From the NCBI GenBank assembly GCA_024278345.1, contig JAJRTK010000459.1, forward strand, positions 1 through 49,649: a DNA stretch of 49,649 bases. Reading direction: 5' to 3'. This DNA comes from a bacterium (GTDB lineage Bacteria; CSSED10-310; JAJRTK01). Positions 19,701 to 28,246 of the stretch are shown one piece after another. The notes under the pieces were generated by a model, which was not told the DNA's origin, searched no databases, and saw nothing but the letters and a program-made list of their open reading frames with translations. The translations under genes were made by a program, and so were the position numbers. Each line of letters opens with the position of its first letter. Within the stretch, counting starts at the first letter, position 1.

Positions 19701-22618
19701 TCTATCTTGTGGAGTTGGAAGCAGCGGATCGCCTGGGCCGAACCCAGACCCTGAAGGTCGATCTCTTCGCAGGCGGCAAGGGCCCCGTTGCATGGAAACG
19801 CCCCGCGACCAAGAGCCTCACGGTCACTCCCCACCAAGGCAGTTACAAACCCGGGCAGCTTGCTCATCTCATCGTCCAAAGCCCCTTCCAAAAAGCCGAG
19901 CTTCTGGTCATCGTCGAGGCCCCCGAAGGCAATCGATACCAGTGGGTGCCCGTTCGCGGCGGCACCGCGAACTTCCAGCTCGAACTCCTCCCCACCTGGG
20001 CTCCGCGTCTCCCCATCCACTTAGTGCTCATGCGCCCGCGCCTCCCCAAGACCCACCCCGCCCAAAAGAGCGGTACCGATCTCGGCAAACCAACGACTCT
20101 CGCTTCCACCATTTGGCTCGATGTCGAGCCAATGGCGAATCGCATCGACATCGACCTGGACTACCCGGAAAAAGCCATGCCAGGGGAAACCGTGGAGTTC
20201 CGTATCCACCTCAGCACCCCTGACAAAACCCCGCTCTCCGGGGAGGTCACGCTCTGGCTCGTGGACCGCGCCGTCCTGGCCTTGGCCAAGGAGCAGCGCC
20301 TCGACCCAGTTCCGGATTTCCTGAGCCGAGTCGTTTCCTATCTCACTCTCCACGATACCCGGGGCCTGACCTTCGGCTGGCTCCCCTTGGCCCTCAAAAC
20401 CGGCGGTGGCTTCGGAAAGCGGAAACAAGAGCTCCTTGACCGAGTCACCGTGCGCAAACGCTTTAAGACCGTTCCTTACTACAACCCCACAATCCAGGTG
20501 GGCTCCGACGGAAGGGCTCTGGTCACGGTTCAGCTCCCGGATAACCTCACGACTTTCGCCGTTCGAGCCAAAGCGACGAGCGGGGCTCAGCGTTTCGGCT
20601 ATGCCGCGGGAGATATCGCCGTCCGCCTCCCGCTCATCGTCCAGCCTGCCCTGCCAAGATTCGTGCGGCCGGGAGATCGTTTCACCGCCACTGCTATGGG
20701 GCGCGTGGTGGATGGGCCGGGAGGCCCGGGAAACGTCCAAATCCAAACCCTGGGTGCCGGCGTCCTGGGAGAGCGCCAGAAACAGGTCAGTTGGAGACCC
20801 GACGAACCCCAGCGCCTGGAATTCCCGGTGGTGGTGGGAACGCCGCCGCTGACCGACGACGGAAAACTCCTCTATCAAGAGGTCGTCTTCCAGGTTGCCG
20901 TGGAGCGAATGGCCGATGGCGCCAAGGACGCCTTCGAGATCAAGCTTCCCATCCTCGAGGATCGTCAACCTGTCCGAACTAGCCTCTTCAAGAAACTCAA
21001 GCCCGGCAAATCCCTCAAATTGCCAAGGCTCAAAGAAAAAGCCAGACCGGGAACCCTGAGCCGGTCTCTCATGATCGCCAGCCGCCCTGCCCTGCTTTCC
21101 ATGCTTGGCGGCCTTGACTTCTTTCAGCGCTATCCCTACGGCTGTACCGAGCAACGGGCCAGCCGTCTCCGGACACAACTTGCGGTCCAGAAACTCCAAG
21201 GCCTCCTCCAGCGCAAAACCGCCGACAAGGAACTGGAACGTGCATTCCGTCAAACGCAGGACTGGATCATCTCCGCCACGGATGAAGACGGCCTTTGCGC
21301 CTACTGGCCCGGCTCCGGAAGCTCGGTCTTCCTCACCTCCTGGGTCGTTCTCACCTTGCTGGAGGCGGCACAAGAGGGCCTGCCGGTGGATCAAGAGCTT
21401 CAGGATCGCCTTCTCAAAGGCCTGGAGCGCTCCCTGAGATCGGACTCCCAACATCTCCTGAGCGGAGCCGTGGAATTCGAGAAGGCCTGGGCCCTGGCCG
21501 CCCTGGCCGCGGCGGGCCGCTTCCAGAGCGCCTATGCCGCCGAGCTCGCCCGGAAAGCCCGATACCTCGATACCGAAGGCACGGCCCAGCTCCTCCTGGC
21601 ACTGAGTGACGGCGGAGCCACCGACTCGCCCAGAATCCCCGGCCTCCTGGAGCAGCTCTGGCGTGACATCGAGATTCGCCTTCACCAAGGAAAAGAAGCC
21701 TACTCTGGCCTCCGCCGGGAGTGGAGCCCCGATGGCCGCATCCTCTCCAGTGAAGCCCGAGTCCTCGCCACCACTGCCCAGGCGCTGCTGCGCGTCGATC
21801 CAAAGAATCCCAGACTGCCCATGCTCACCAATGCCCTCATCACCCTGGGCCAAGACGATGGCTGGGGCTCCACCAATGCCAATGCCGCCGCCCTTCGGGC
21901 TCTCACCGAGCTTCTAAAGCCGCCCTTCGGCCCGCCAAACCCCCTTGCCATCAAGCTTCGGATCGGCGACTTCACTGAAGCTGTCACTCTCGATGAAAAA
22001 ACGCCACTCCTGCTACGAACCTTCAATGTCCGTGACAAGGGGAAGCTCACGCTTTCTAAGACAGCCCGCAACCCCATCGCCGTGAAGCTCGAAACCGAAT
22101 ACACACCGGCGAAACCCGGCTCGGAGGCATCTCCAAAGGCCAACGGCTTCGTCGTCCAACGAACGCAGTTTCGAATCCTTGAGGAGGGCGACCCTCCCGA
22201 GCGGCAGGACCTGAAAAAGGGCGGACGGACCATCAACTACACCATGGGCACCATCATCGAAGAACAGGTTCAGGTGGTCAACCCCAAGACACGCAACTAC
22301 GTCGCCATCGTGGTTCCCTTGGCCGCCGGCATGGAGCCACTCAACCCACGCCTGGCCACGGCACCTCCCGAGGCCAAACCCAGCCACGAACTCACCCTGG
22401 AACCTAGCTCCAGCGCCTATCTCGACCACCAGGTCGCCTTCTACTACGACACGCTTCCCAAGGGAACCTTCAATTTCTATTTCCGTACCAGGGCCACCAC
22501 TGAGGGGACTTTCATCCAACCACCGGCCCTGGCCGAAATGATGTACGATGCCTCGACCCGAGGCAATTCCGCTGGCGCCTCGATCCAGGTCACTCCACAG
22601 GAAGGGCCACCTCAATAG
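16754..22618 (+). CDS. Bacterial alpha-2-macroglobulin (MG2, A2M and thioester domains)
   Basis: FTERPLYRP (MG2), LPDNLTT, PRFVRPGD, thioester YPYGCTEQ (CTEQ at 21143-21154), WGST, C-terminal PPALAEMMY. Start uncertain. Confidence 0.93.
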   Translation: MGTGVKGASSGRRTAPDVSGTQLSKLPLVALTTLFLAVSSGTFVMAAPVEAQGPGAKATATIVPDNFLRRWDPITIFFPEELGPATGGPEDEPHRFVSLTPAHPGAYRWLDSRTLQFRPVEPWPPLEQFTVEGGNRKLSLETLMSPPVRMLPRNGTTTGLAPVERITLEFSEPLDPADLAKILRIELRPSPGVISADSRWLDERDFEIKVQERSSRSSLAKFVILLRHAIPTATKVVCHFRLSLADSGDESFMSLWFRTPGSFQATRLGCKGSMLPLSPGGIRYTRDQAISCAPSDRAIRVRFSAPCQLGPVEARNFVRISPAVEGLEVAGKGKVLELRGKFHSEQLYRVTLRPTKLTDAAGRSLEMSGSNEVYLFFPREDPYLRWLKANGIAERFGPQMVPLEGRGFAKGDLRIHKIDPLDRSFWPMPGRRVTVDESNRPPGPGEEPAPFKEPARSIYTSEISKQIAALGSPALSTIVSLPLASTDRAASFGLDLKPYLSRISGKEKPGAYLLGLRKLDKSSQRSWMRLQVTDLSLTTVEEAKRVVFVVTSLSTGRPVAKAILRLEGAKRDRQRKYRWKTLFYGTTDAQGRCVWQAPGKERRSSWKIKRLVVRKSVDTLVLNTTEPPEAYHDNVWSRDYSTWLQWTTNQLVWRGPQPKPMVHIFTERPLYRPEEAVHIRGYVRQFDAGRLTPIVPDAKLVVEGPGELKWTNPVQWTSKGNFYFRFQEKKLPTGRYRAYLEMPRGYRYDSVTFRMEAYRLPRFEVELHAPDTVPMDREFKVRLTARYYAGGSAAKLPVKWRISQFPYTWTPDKREGYAFSSDSRYSRTNRFEGGSVVEQSTTDEGGSDLLSLNPAGEATAQPRSYIVEATVTGADEQTVTSTRRILALPPFVLGMKVARYLEEGTELKPEIIVVGHDEKLIAAKKFTLRLYHRQWHSYLEASDFADGVPHYRTDVVDKLVLEKSLISSSKPLEVPLEIAEAGVYLVELEAADRLGRTQTLKVDLFAGGKGPVAWKRPATKSLTVTPHQGSYKPGQLAHLIVQSPFQKAELLVIVEAPEGNRYQWVPVRGGTANFQLELLPTWAPRLPIHLVLMRPRLPKTHPAQKSGTDLGKPTTLASTIWLDVEPMANRIDIDLDYPEKAMPGETVEFRIHLSTPDKTPLSGEVTLWLVDRAVLALAKEQRLDPVPDFLSRVVSYLTLHDTRGLTFGWLPLALKTGGGFGKRKQELLDRVTVRKRFKTVPYYNPTIQVGSDGRALVTVQLPDNLTTFAVRAKATSGAQRFGYAAGDIAVRLPLIVQPALPRFVRPGDRFTATAMGRVVDGPGGPGNVQIQTLGAGVLGERQKQVSWRPDEPQRLEFPVVVGTPPLTDDGKLLYQEVVFQVAVERMADGAKDAFEIKLPILEDRQPVRTSLFKKLKPGKSLKLPRLKEKARPGTLSRSLMIASRPALLSMLGGLDFFQRYPYGCTEQRASRLRTQLAVQKLQGLLQRKTADKELERAFRQTQDWIISATDEDGLCAYWPGSGSSVFLTSWVVLTLLEAAQEGLPVDQELQDRLLKGLERSLRSDSQHLLSGAVEFEKAWALAALAAAGRFQSAYAAELARKARYLDTEGTAQLLLALSDGGATDSPRIPGLLEQLWRDIEIRLHQGKEAYSGLRREWSPDGRILSSEARVLATTAQALLRVDPKNPRLPMLTNALITLGQDDGWGSTNANAAALRALTELLKPPFGPPNPLAIKLRIGDFTEAVTLDEKTPLLLRTFNVRDKGKLTLSKTARNPIAVKLETEYTPAKPGSEASPKANGFVVQRTQFRILEEGDPPERQDLKKGGRTINYTMGTIIEEQVQVVNPKTRNYVAIVVPLAAGMEPLNPRLATAPPEAKPSHELTLEPSSSAYLDHQVAFYYDTLPKGTFNFYFRTRATTEGTFIQPPALAEMMYDASTRGNSAGASIQVTPQEGPPQ

Positions 22619-22690
22619 ACCCACCAGCTTCCACAAGATTCGGGCGTGGATCGCCTTCAGAGCAACGAGCCCGCTCCCATGGGTGCTCAT

Positions 22691-22750
22691 GGGCGAGTGG
22701 CGGCGGCCGGACTGCCGCCGCCGCGAGCGGAACCCAACCCAAAGAAAAGA
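22691..22750 (+). repeat. Dispersed structured motif (family C), copy 2
   Basis: GGGCGAGT, perfect 9-bp stem GGCGGCGGC/GCCGCCGCC, then GAGCGGAACCCAACCCAAAGAAAAGA. Confidence 0.6.
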
Positions 22751-22830
22751 GCATCAGCCACTTTCCAGGAACGTGGTCGCTCCCGACGCAGCAGGACGGC
22801 TCTCCAATCACGCAGCGAGGAGGATAAACC

Positions 22831-24291
22831 GTGTCGATTCCCTACTTCGAACGCCTGTCAGGACTCGATTCCTCGTTTCTGCTCATGGAAAACCGGACCA
22901 TGCCGATGCACGTCTCGGCAACTCTTCTTTTCGATGGAACAAACCTCCTCCGGCCAGATGGCGGGCTGGACTTCCCGAGAATCCGGGATTATATAGCGTC
23001 CCGTCTCCACCTGGTGCCCCGGTACCGCCAACGGCTGGCCTTCACTCCCATCGAGGGCCATCCTGTATGGATCGACGACGATCAGTTCGACCTCGATTAC
23101 CACCTCCGCCACTCGGCACTTCCCAAGCCGGGCAACGAATCCGCCCTCCAAGAGCTCTCCTCCAGGATCATGTCGCAACCTTTGGACCGGAGTCGCCCTC
23201 TCTGGGAAATGTGGCTGGTGGAGGGGCTCCAGGACCGCCAAATCGCCCTGATCAGCAAGACGCATCACTGCATGATCGACGGGATTTCCGGGGTCGATTT
23301 GCTCCAGGCGATACTCCGCCCCTCCACTGAGCCGGTGGACGGTGACGACCCGCCAACCTGGACGCCGAGACCGGCCCCCTCGGCTCTCACTCTCCTGGAA
23401 GACACCGTTTGGCGCTGGAGCCGGCTCCCGCTCGATCTGACGAGGAGCGCCCTCCGCACAGCCTCTTCCTTGATCGCTCCCCGGGCCGCCCGACTCGACA
23501 AATCGGCTCCCGGCTTCTTCGGAGCCGGCCAACTTCTGAATCGAGGCAAAGCTCTCTGGCGCCTGCTGGGCCTCGGCCTGCTGCCCACGGCACGGACCCC
23601 GCTGAACCGTCCCATCAGCCCCCACCGCCGCTTCATCTGGCTCCAGACCGATCTCGACGTCGCCAGGCGGATCAAATCGGCTCTTGGGGGCAGCGTCAAC
23701 GACGTGGTCCTGGCTATCGTCACCGGCGCCCTCATCCGCTATTTCGAGGCCCGAGGATACCGAAGGCTTTGGACCCGCGACTTCCGAGTCCTGGCTCCCG
23801 TCAGCATGCACACCGACGAAGAGAAAGGCACCTTGGGCAACGACGTTTCCGGGTGGCTGGTCCGCCTGCCCCTGGGGGAAGCCAACCCACGAGAACGGCT
23901 GCGGATGATCCACCAGCAGACCCACAGGTTCAAGGAAACCAACCACGCCCTGGGTGCCGAATCCCTGACCAAAGCCTCGGACTGGTCGGGCTCGACCCTC
24001 TTGTCGCTGGCGATCCAACTCACGGCCCGCGTCCGCCCCTTCAATCTGGTGGTCACCAACGTTCCCGGCCCCAGCCTCCAGCTCTACCTTGCCGATGCCG
24101 CCCTCCTGGCCACATTCCCCCAAGTTCCCCTCTTCGAGAACCTCGGCCTCGGCATCGCCCTCTTCAGTTATGCCGGAAAACTCAACTGGGGTTTCACCGC
24201 CGACTGGGATCTGGTCCCGGACCTCGAAAAGTTCAAGTGCGCCCTCCTGGATGCCGTCCGCGAGCTGGAAGCCGAGGCCAAAAAGAAGTAA
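22831..24291 (+). CDS. Wax ester synthase/diacylglycerol acyltransferase (WS/DGAT)
   Basis: RLSGLD..FL..E, PMHV, LDRSRPLWE, catalytic HHCMIDG, NDVVLA, TNVPGP. Confidence 0.95.
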   Translation: MSIPYFERLSGLDSSFLLMENRTMPMHVSATLLFDGTNLLRPDGGLDFPRIRDYIASRLHLVPRYRQRLAFTPIEGHPVWIDDDQFDLDYHLRHSALPKPGNESALQELSSRIMSQPLDRSRPLWEMWLVEGLQDRQIALISKTHHCMIDGISGVDLLQAILRPSTEPVDGDDPPTWTPRPAPSALTLLEDTVWRWSRLPLDLTRSALRTASSLIAPRAARLDKSAPGFFGAGQLLNRGKALWRLLGLGLLPTARTPLNRPISPHRRFIWLQTDLDVARRIKSALGGSVNDVVLAIVTGALIRYFEARGYRRLWTRDFRVLAPVSMHTDEEKGTLGNDVSGWLVRLPLGEANPRERLRMIHQQTHRFKETNHALGAESLTKASDWSGSTLLSLAIQLTARVRPFNLVVTNVPGPSLQLYLADAALLATFPQVPLFENLGLGIALFSYAGKLNWGFTADWDLVPDLEKFKCALLDAVRELEAEAKKK

Positions 24292-24361
24292 CTCGGTCAC
24301 CGCACCGACTTCTCTTTTCCAACGATAACCAGGCAGACTCAGAAGCTCAGGAGCCCCTCCC

Positions 24362-24760
24362 ATGGCCTATCGCAATCCCATCCCCACAGTCGATATCATC
24401 CTGGAATTCGAAGGGCAAGGCATTCTGCTCATCGAAAGAAAAAACGAACCCCACGGCTGGGCGCTTCCCGGTGGTTACGTGGATTACGGCGAAAGCCTCG
24501 AACAGGCGGCCATCCGGGAAGCCAAGGAAGAAATCGGCCTCGACGTCAAGATCACCCGACAGTTCCACACTTATTCAGAACCGACCCGCGATCCCAGGCA
24601 GCACACGGTCTCCACGGTCTTCATCGTCCAGGCCCGGGGGCGGCCCAGGAGCGGAGACGACGCCGCCAAGGTGGCGTTCTTCCCCAGGGACTCGCTGCCG
24701 ACGCCTCTCTGCTTCGATCATGGACAGATTCTCGAAGATTACATCCGGGGCCGTTACTGA
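24362..24760 (+). CDS. Nudix hydrolase (ADP-ribose pyrophosphatase-like)
   Basis: Nudix box [23 protein letters not shown]; RDPRQH; FDH. Confidence 0.93.
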   Translation: MAYRNPIPTVDIILEFEGQGILLIERKNEPHGWALPGGYVDYGESLEQAAIREAKEEIGLDVKITRQFHTYSEPTRDPRQHTVSTVFIVQARGRPRSGDDAAKVAFFPRDSLPTPLCFDHGQILEDYIRGRY

Positions 24761-24826
24761 TACTCTGATTCTGAACTGCTTTCAGGGCAGCAAACCCGGT
24801 GTGGGCCGATGAAAAACCGGTCCACT

Positions 24827-25438
24827 CTACTGGAGCTCCGCCAACGCCTGCTTCGCGCTGTTTTGGATGAGCGTGTCCGGATCGGATATCGCCTCCTTGA
24901 GTCCGGCCATCACTTCGGGCGTCGAGATTCCAACCTGCCCCAAAGCCCAAATCGCCCTCCAACGCACAGCGGAATCCTCATCCCTACATAGCTCCAGCAG
25001 CTTGGGAGCCGCCTCCCCCGCCACGGGGCCCAAGAGCCCCAAAGCCTTGGCGACCCAGTATCTCACGTTGGGATCACCGTCGCCAAGGGCTCCAGCCAAA
25101 TCAGGCACCAACGGCTCGGCCTTCTGGCCTAGCAGCCCAAGAGTCCGAGCGGCGGCACTTCGCACCGTGGTCACCTCATCTTTCAACAGCTTTCCGATAG
25201 CCCTCACCAGCGCGGGACTCGAAGGATTGAGTTCCGCCATCCGGTGCAAGACCCGCTCCCGGACATAGGGATCGGGATCTTTCAAGGCCCTCTGTAAAAC
25301 GGGAAACGCCTTTCCTTTGTGACCATTCACAAGCCAGGTACCGATCGACTCCTCCTCGTAGAGTTTCACATCTTGCCGATCACAGGCTCCGAAGGCGAGC
25401 CCAAGCAATAACGAAACGATCCCAAGCCTCCGAAACAT
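24827..25438 (-). CDS. HEAT/PBS-lyase-repeat lipoprotein
   Basis: Lipobox-like LAFGAC; repeated L.D.D..VR..AA..LG units. Confidence 0.85.
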   Translation of the reverse strand: MFRRLGIVSLLLGLAFGACDRQDVKLYEEESIGTWLVNGHKGKAFPVLQRALKDPDPYVRERVLHRMAELNPSSPALVRAIGKLLKDEVTTVRSAAARTLGLLGQKAEPLVPDLAGALGDGDPNVRYWVAKALGLLGPVAGEAAPKLLELCRDEDSAVRWRAIWALGQVGISTPEVMAGLKEAISDPDTLIQNSAKQALAELQ

Positions 25439-25540
25439 CCCAATTTCCTCCTGGAGTTTCCCAACAATTCAGCCACCCCATGAGAGCCCGCAAGACTATT
25501 CGACCGTGCTCCTCGCCCAGGGCATTAATCTTGGTAAACC

Positions 25541-25601
25541 TTTTTTTTCTTAGCGTTGCGCTCCGCTCCCATCGGGCGCCGTCCGACACCCGCTTCTCGC
25601 C
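25541..25601 (-). repeat. Dispersed structured motif (family C), copy 3
   Basis: Minus strand GGCGAGAAG-CGGGTGTC ggac GGCGCCCG-ATGGGAGCGGAGCGCAACGCTAAGAAAAAAAA. Confidence 0.55.
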
Positions 25602-25901
25602 ATTGTCACCGCTGCTCTGGGCTCTTGCCCAGCTACCGGTCTTCTCCTAGTCTTACCATGACAACGGTCTACCATCCCACCGTGGATCTGGATTCCTCAC
25701 GGTGAATCTAACCGTGACAACCTGATTGTTCATTCCCGCTGTGGTCCTCGGCGGGAGCAGCTCCGTAACGATCAGCGGCAAGAAATCCGGGCTGGAATGT
25801 CAGACCCACAAACTTTCTGCTATCGGTAGGCAGGTGAAACAGGAATTTGCATCAGGCGACCTCACACGCCCGGCAAGAGAACCGGGTCAAGGAGCAAAGG
25901 G

Positions 25902-26099
25902 ATGTTTTCCATCGGATTTCCAGAGCTTGCATTGATTCTAGCCATCGTGCTCATCGTCTTCGGAGCTGGCAAGTTGCCCAACGCCCTGGCTCAGCTCAAG
26001 AAAGGACTGTCGGAATTCCAAAAAGGCGCACAAACTCCACCTGCCATCGAAGGAACGCAAAATCACGCCGCGCCACCGCAAGAGAATGAAAGCTCGTGA
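25902..26099 (+). CDS. tatA: Twin-arginine translocase TatA/E subunit
   Basis: [23 protein letters not shown]...KGLSEF; AAGGAG RBS. Confidence 0.9.
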   Translation: MFSIGFPELALILAIVLIVFGAGKLPNALAQLKKGLSEFQKGAQTPPAIEGTQNHAAPPQENESS

Positions 26100-26135
26100 A
26101 ACGGGACTTCCCGGCGAGTCTTCCGCAACCGCCAA

Positions 26136-27449
26136 TCACAGGTCAGAGGGCGCGGTCACACTGCCGCCCCGGTCGCCTAGCGAGGACGCCTGGAGCTGAG
26201 CGCTGGTTTCCGCGATGCCTTGCCGCACCAACGGGTTGATATTCGTGACCGACGTGTAGGCATCCAGCGCCTCAGCCCAACGCGCTTCCTTGGTATACCC
26301 CTCGGCCTCGACAATCCTTGAGATATCTCTTGAATAGGAATCCACCGACAGTTTCGCTTCGGACATTTTCAGGACTCCGTCCAACTGCCTAAGAACGCGT
26401 TGAACCGCCCAAAACCCCTGCTGGGCCACATCGAGCTCTCCTTCACCATAAGCCTTGATGGCGCGGCCCATCCGTTCCAGCACCGACGCCTGGACACGCT
26501 GGACCAGGAATTCCCGGGACCGAAGGTAGGCATCAACTTTCGTCTGGGTCCCTTCCGGTAGCTCTTGCCCTTCGCGCCACAACTCCGGGTCGGAAAGAAC
26601 GGCTTCGTACTCCATGAGAGCAGCCGTATAGCGCCGCCTGATCATGAAGTCGAGGGCAAACCCGAGGCGCTGCTCAAGGATTGAGTTACGGCTTCTCAAC
26701 ACACTTTCGAGTTGCTTCTGAGGATTGAGCTTCCGCCCCCCAAAACGCACGGTCACGGCATCAGTGGTTCCCGTGAGCGACTGGATCAGACCGGCAACGC
26801 GTCGCAAAAGCACAAGCGCTGAATTATAGCTCCCTCGGCGGAGCTGGCTCATGGCGCGAAGCTCAAGCAACCCACGAGCAAACCCCTCCCGGTATCTGGA
26901 AAGCCGTTCTTCCATCTCTTGGGACTTTCCGGCCACTTCCTCCTGCAGGCCCGCTAACACCTCTACCGCACCGTCAAACTCCCCCCGCCGTATCAGTCTC
27001 TCCAGGTAACCAACTCGCCTCTCGAAACTCTGCTCCGCCGCCGTCAGCCTCAGAACGCCGGAAAAACTATCCTTGCCTACCTCCAGCAACAAGGGCCCGG
27101 ATGTTTCAAAAAAGACGATTGTCCCCCCTTGGACCACGGGCAACGATGCCGTCACCCAATAATAGCCCGCCAAAAGACGAAAACGGGCATGCCCCCTAGG
27201 GTCCGTCAGCTTCTGAGCTAGCAGCCCGCCATTCCGGTCCGCCACGGCGACTTCCGCCTCTCCAGCCTTCCGAATCCAGGCCGACAGCCGATCTTCCGAC
27301 ACACCTTCCACGGAAATGGCCAAATCGACACGGTAAATCCGGCTCAGGTAGTTGATGGGGGATAGCGGGAAGTTCCAGTAATCCAACCCCGCGATCCCCA
27401 TGGCCAGCCCCAAAAAGACCACCGAATAACGAAGGAGAATCTGCTTCAT
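26136..27449 (-). CDS. Hypothetical membrane-anchored protein (N-terminal beta domain, then helical/TPR-like region)
   Basis: 437-aa ORF, N-terminal TM, TDPRG.A.F.L..G.Y motif, long helical C-terminus. Confidence 0.7.
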   Translation of the reverse strand: MKQILLRYSVVFLGLAMGIAGLDYWNFPLSPINYLSRIYRVDLAISVEGVSEDRLSAWIRKAGEAEVAVADRNGGLLAQKLTDPRGHARFRLLAGYYWVTASLPVVQGGTIVFFETSGPLLLEVGKDSFSGVLRLTAAEQSFERRVGYLERLIRRGEFDGAVEVLAGLQEEVAGKSQEMEERLSRYREGFARGLLELRAMSQLRRGSYNSALVLLRRVAGLIQSLTGTTDAVTVRFGGRKLNPQKQLESVLRSRNSILEQRLGFALDFMIRRRYTAALMEYEAVLSDPELWREGQELPEGTQTKVDAYLRSREFLVQRVQASVLERMGRAIKAYGEGELDVAQQGFWAVQRVLRQLDGVLKMSEAKLSVDSYSRDISRIVEAEGYTKEARWAEALDAYTSVTNINPLVRQGIAETSAQLQASSLGDRGGSVTAPSDL

Positions 27450-27813
27450 CAGTCCAACGCTTCCAGGCGATTCTGCACCAGAGAATCAAAGCCACTGAGA
27501 AACGCCCCTCCAAGCCCGGCATTCAGGTCAATTTCATCCCGGCAGATCAAGCCTTCTCCACACGAGCTGGCTTCGGTGCCGCCATCAGGACCAACCGCAA
27601 CGCGGCACGAAGGGTGATAGACGCCGCACCAACTCCAACCGCGACCGTTACACAACCAGCCAGCAATACGAGCAATCCCTCCATGATTCCCTCCGCCGTT
27701 CAAGTGGTTTTTGGCTGAAAGAGAACTCGTCTCACAATTCGTCACTCGCAAAAGTCGCGCCACCTTGCTCTTCCTGGCCACAAAACCCAACGAACCGCGG
27801 ACCAGCGGGCCAG

Positions 27814-27928
27814 GAGACCCGCCCGCAACGAAAGGGCACGGAGCGCCTGCGACCGCTGATTCCGGTTCTCCCCGAAGAAGGGCGTACGGGCCGAGAGACC
27901 CGCCCGCAACGAAAGGGCACGGAGCGCC
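27814..27928 (+). repeat. 34-bp exact direct repeat x2
   Basis: GAGACCCGCCCGCAACGAAAGGGCACGGAGCGCC at 27814-27847 and 27895-27928. Confidence 0.85.
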
Positions 27929-27945
27929 GTGACGTTGCCGGGGAC

Positions 27946-28069
27946 GGGTGCCGGAGGCCCCGGACGACCTTCGAGTCACGCAAACGTGACCCGCCGAGCG
28001 GCAGCGAGGCGTAGCCCGACCCCTTGCCACTTCACAATCCTCGAAGTGTCCCGCTTTGCGTGGATGCCC
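27946..28069 (-). mobile_element. MITE family A, partial copy
   Basis: Minus strand GGGCATCCACGCAAAGCGGGACA...CGCTCGGCGGGTCACG...CGAAGGTCGTCCGGGG aligns over about 120 bp with 10593-10715; second TIR not found. Confidence 0.8.
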
Positions 28070-28246
28070 TCTCATGGAAACCGACCTTGGCTACGTTCCG
28101 CTTCCATCGGTATCGACCCGTGCCTTTGGCACGAGTTCCCCGCGGCACCCGCTACTCGATCTTCGCCCCTCTTGCTCCACCGCCTTGAGCCCGGAGCGCC
28201 ACCGCTTGTGTCTGGTTTGACCTTGTTCGTGTTCGATTTGACACGA

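Noticed and set aside
25660-25900. Hairpin-rich leader upstream of tatA as a riboswitch
   Set aside because: Hairpins are present (e.g. TCACGGT/ACCGTGA) but no consensus of a known riboswitch could be recognised
27814-27928. Possible mini-CRISPR array
   Set aside because: Only two repeats, a 47-bp GC-rich spacer that partly extends the repeat, no CRISPR-like repeat end, no cas genes
27449-28075. 208-aa ORF and similar ORFs at 10315-11094 and 49171-49587
   Set aside because: Translations of MITE and repeat DNA
27721-28140. Possible outer inverted repeat GAACTCGT / ACGAGTTC bounding a larger element
   Set aside because: Only 8 bp match exactly and there is no target duplication
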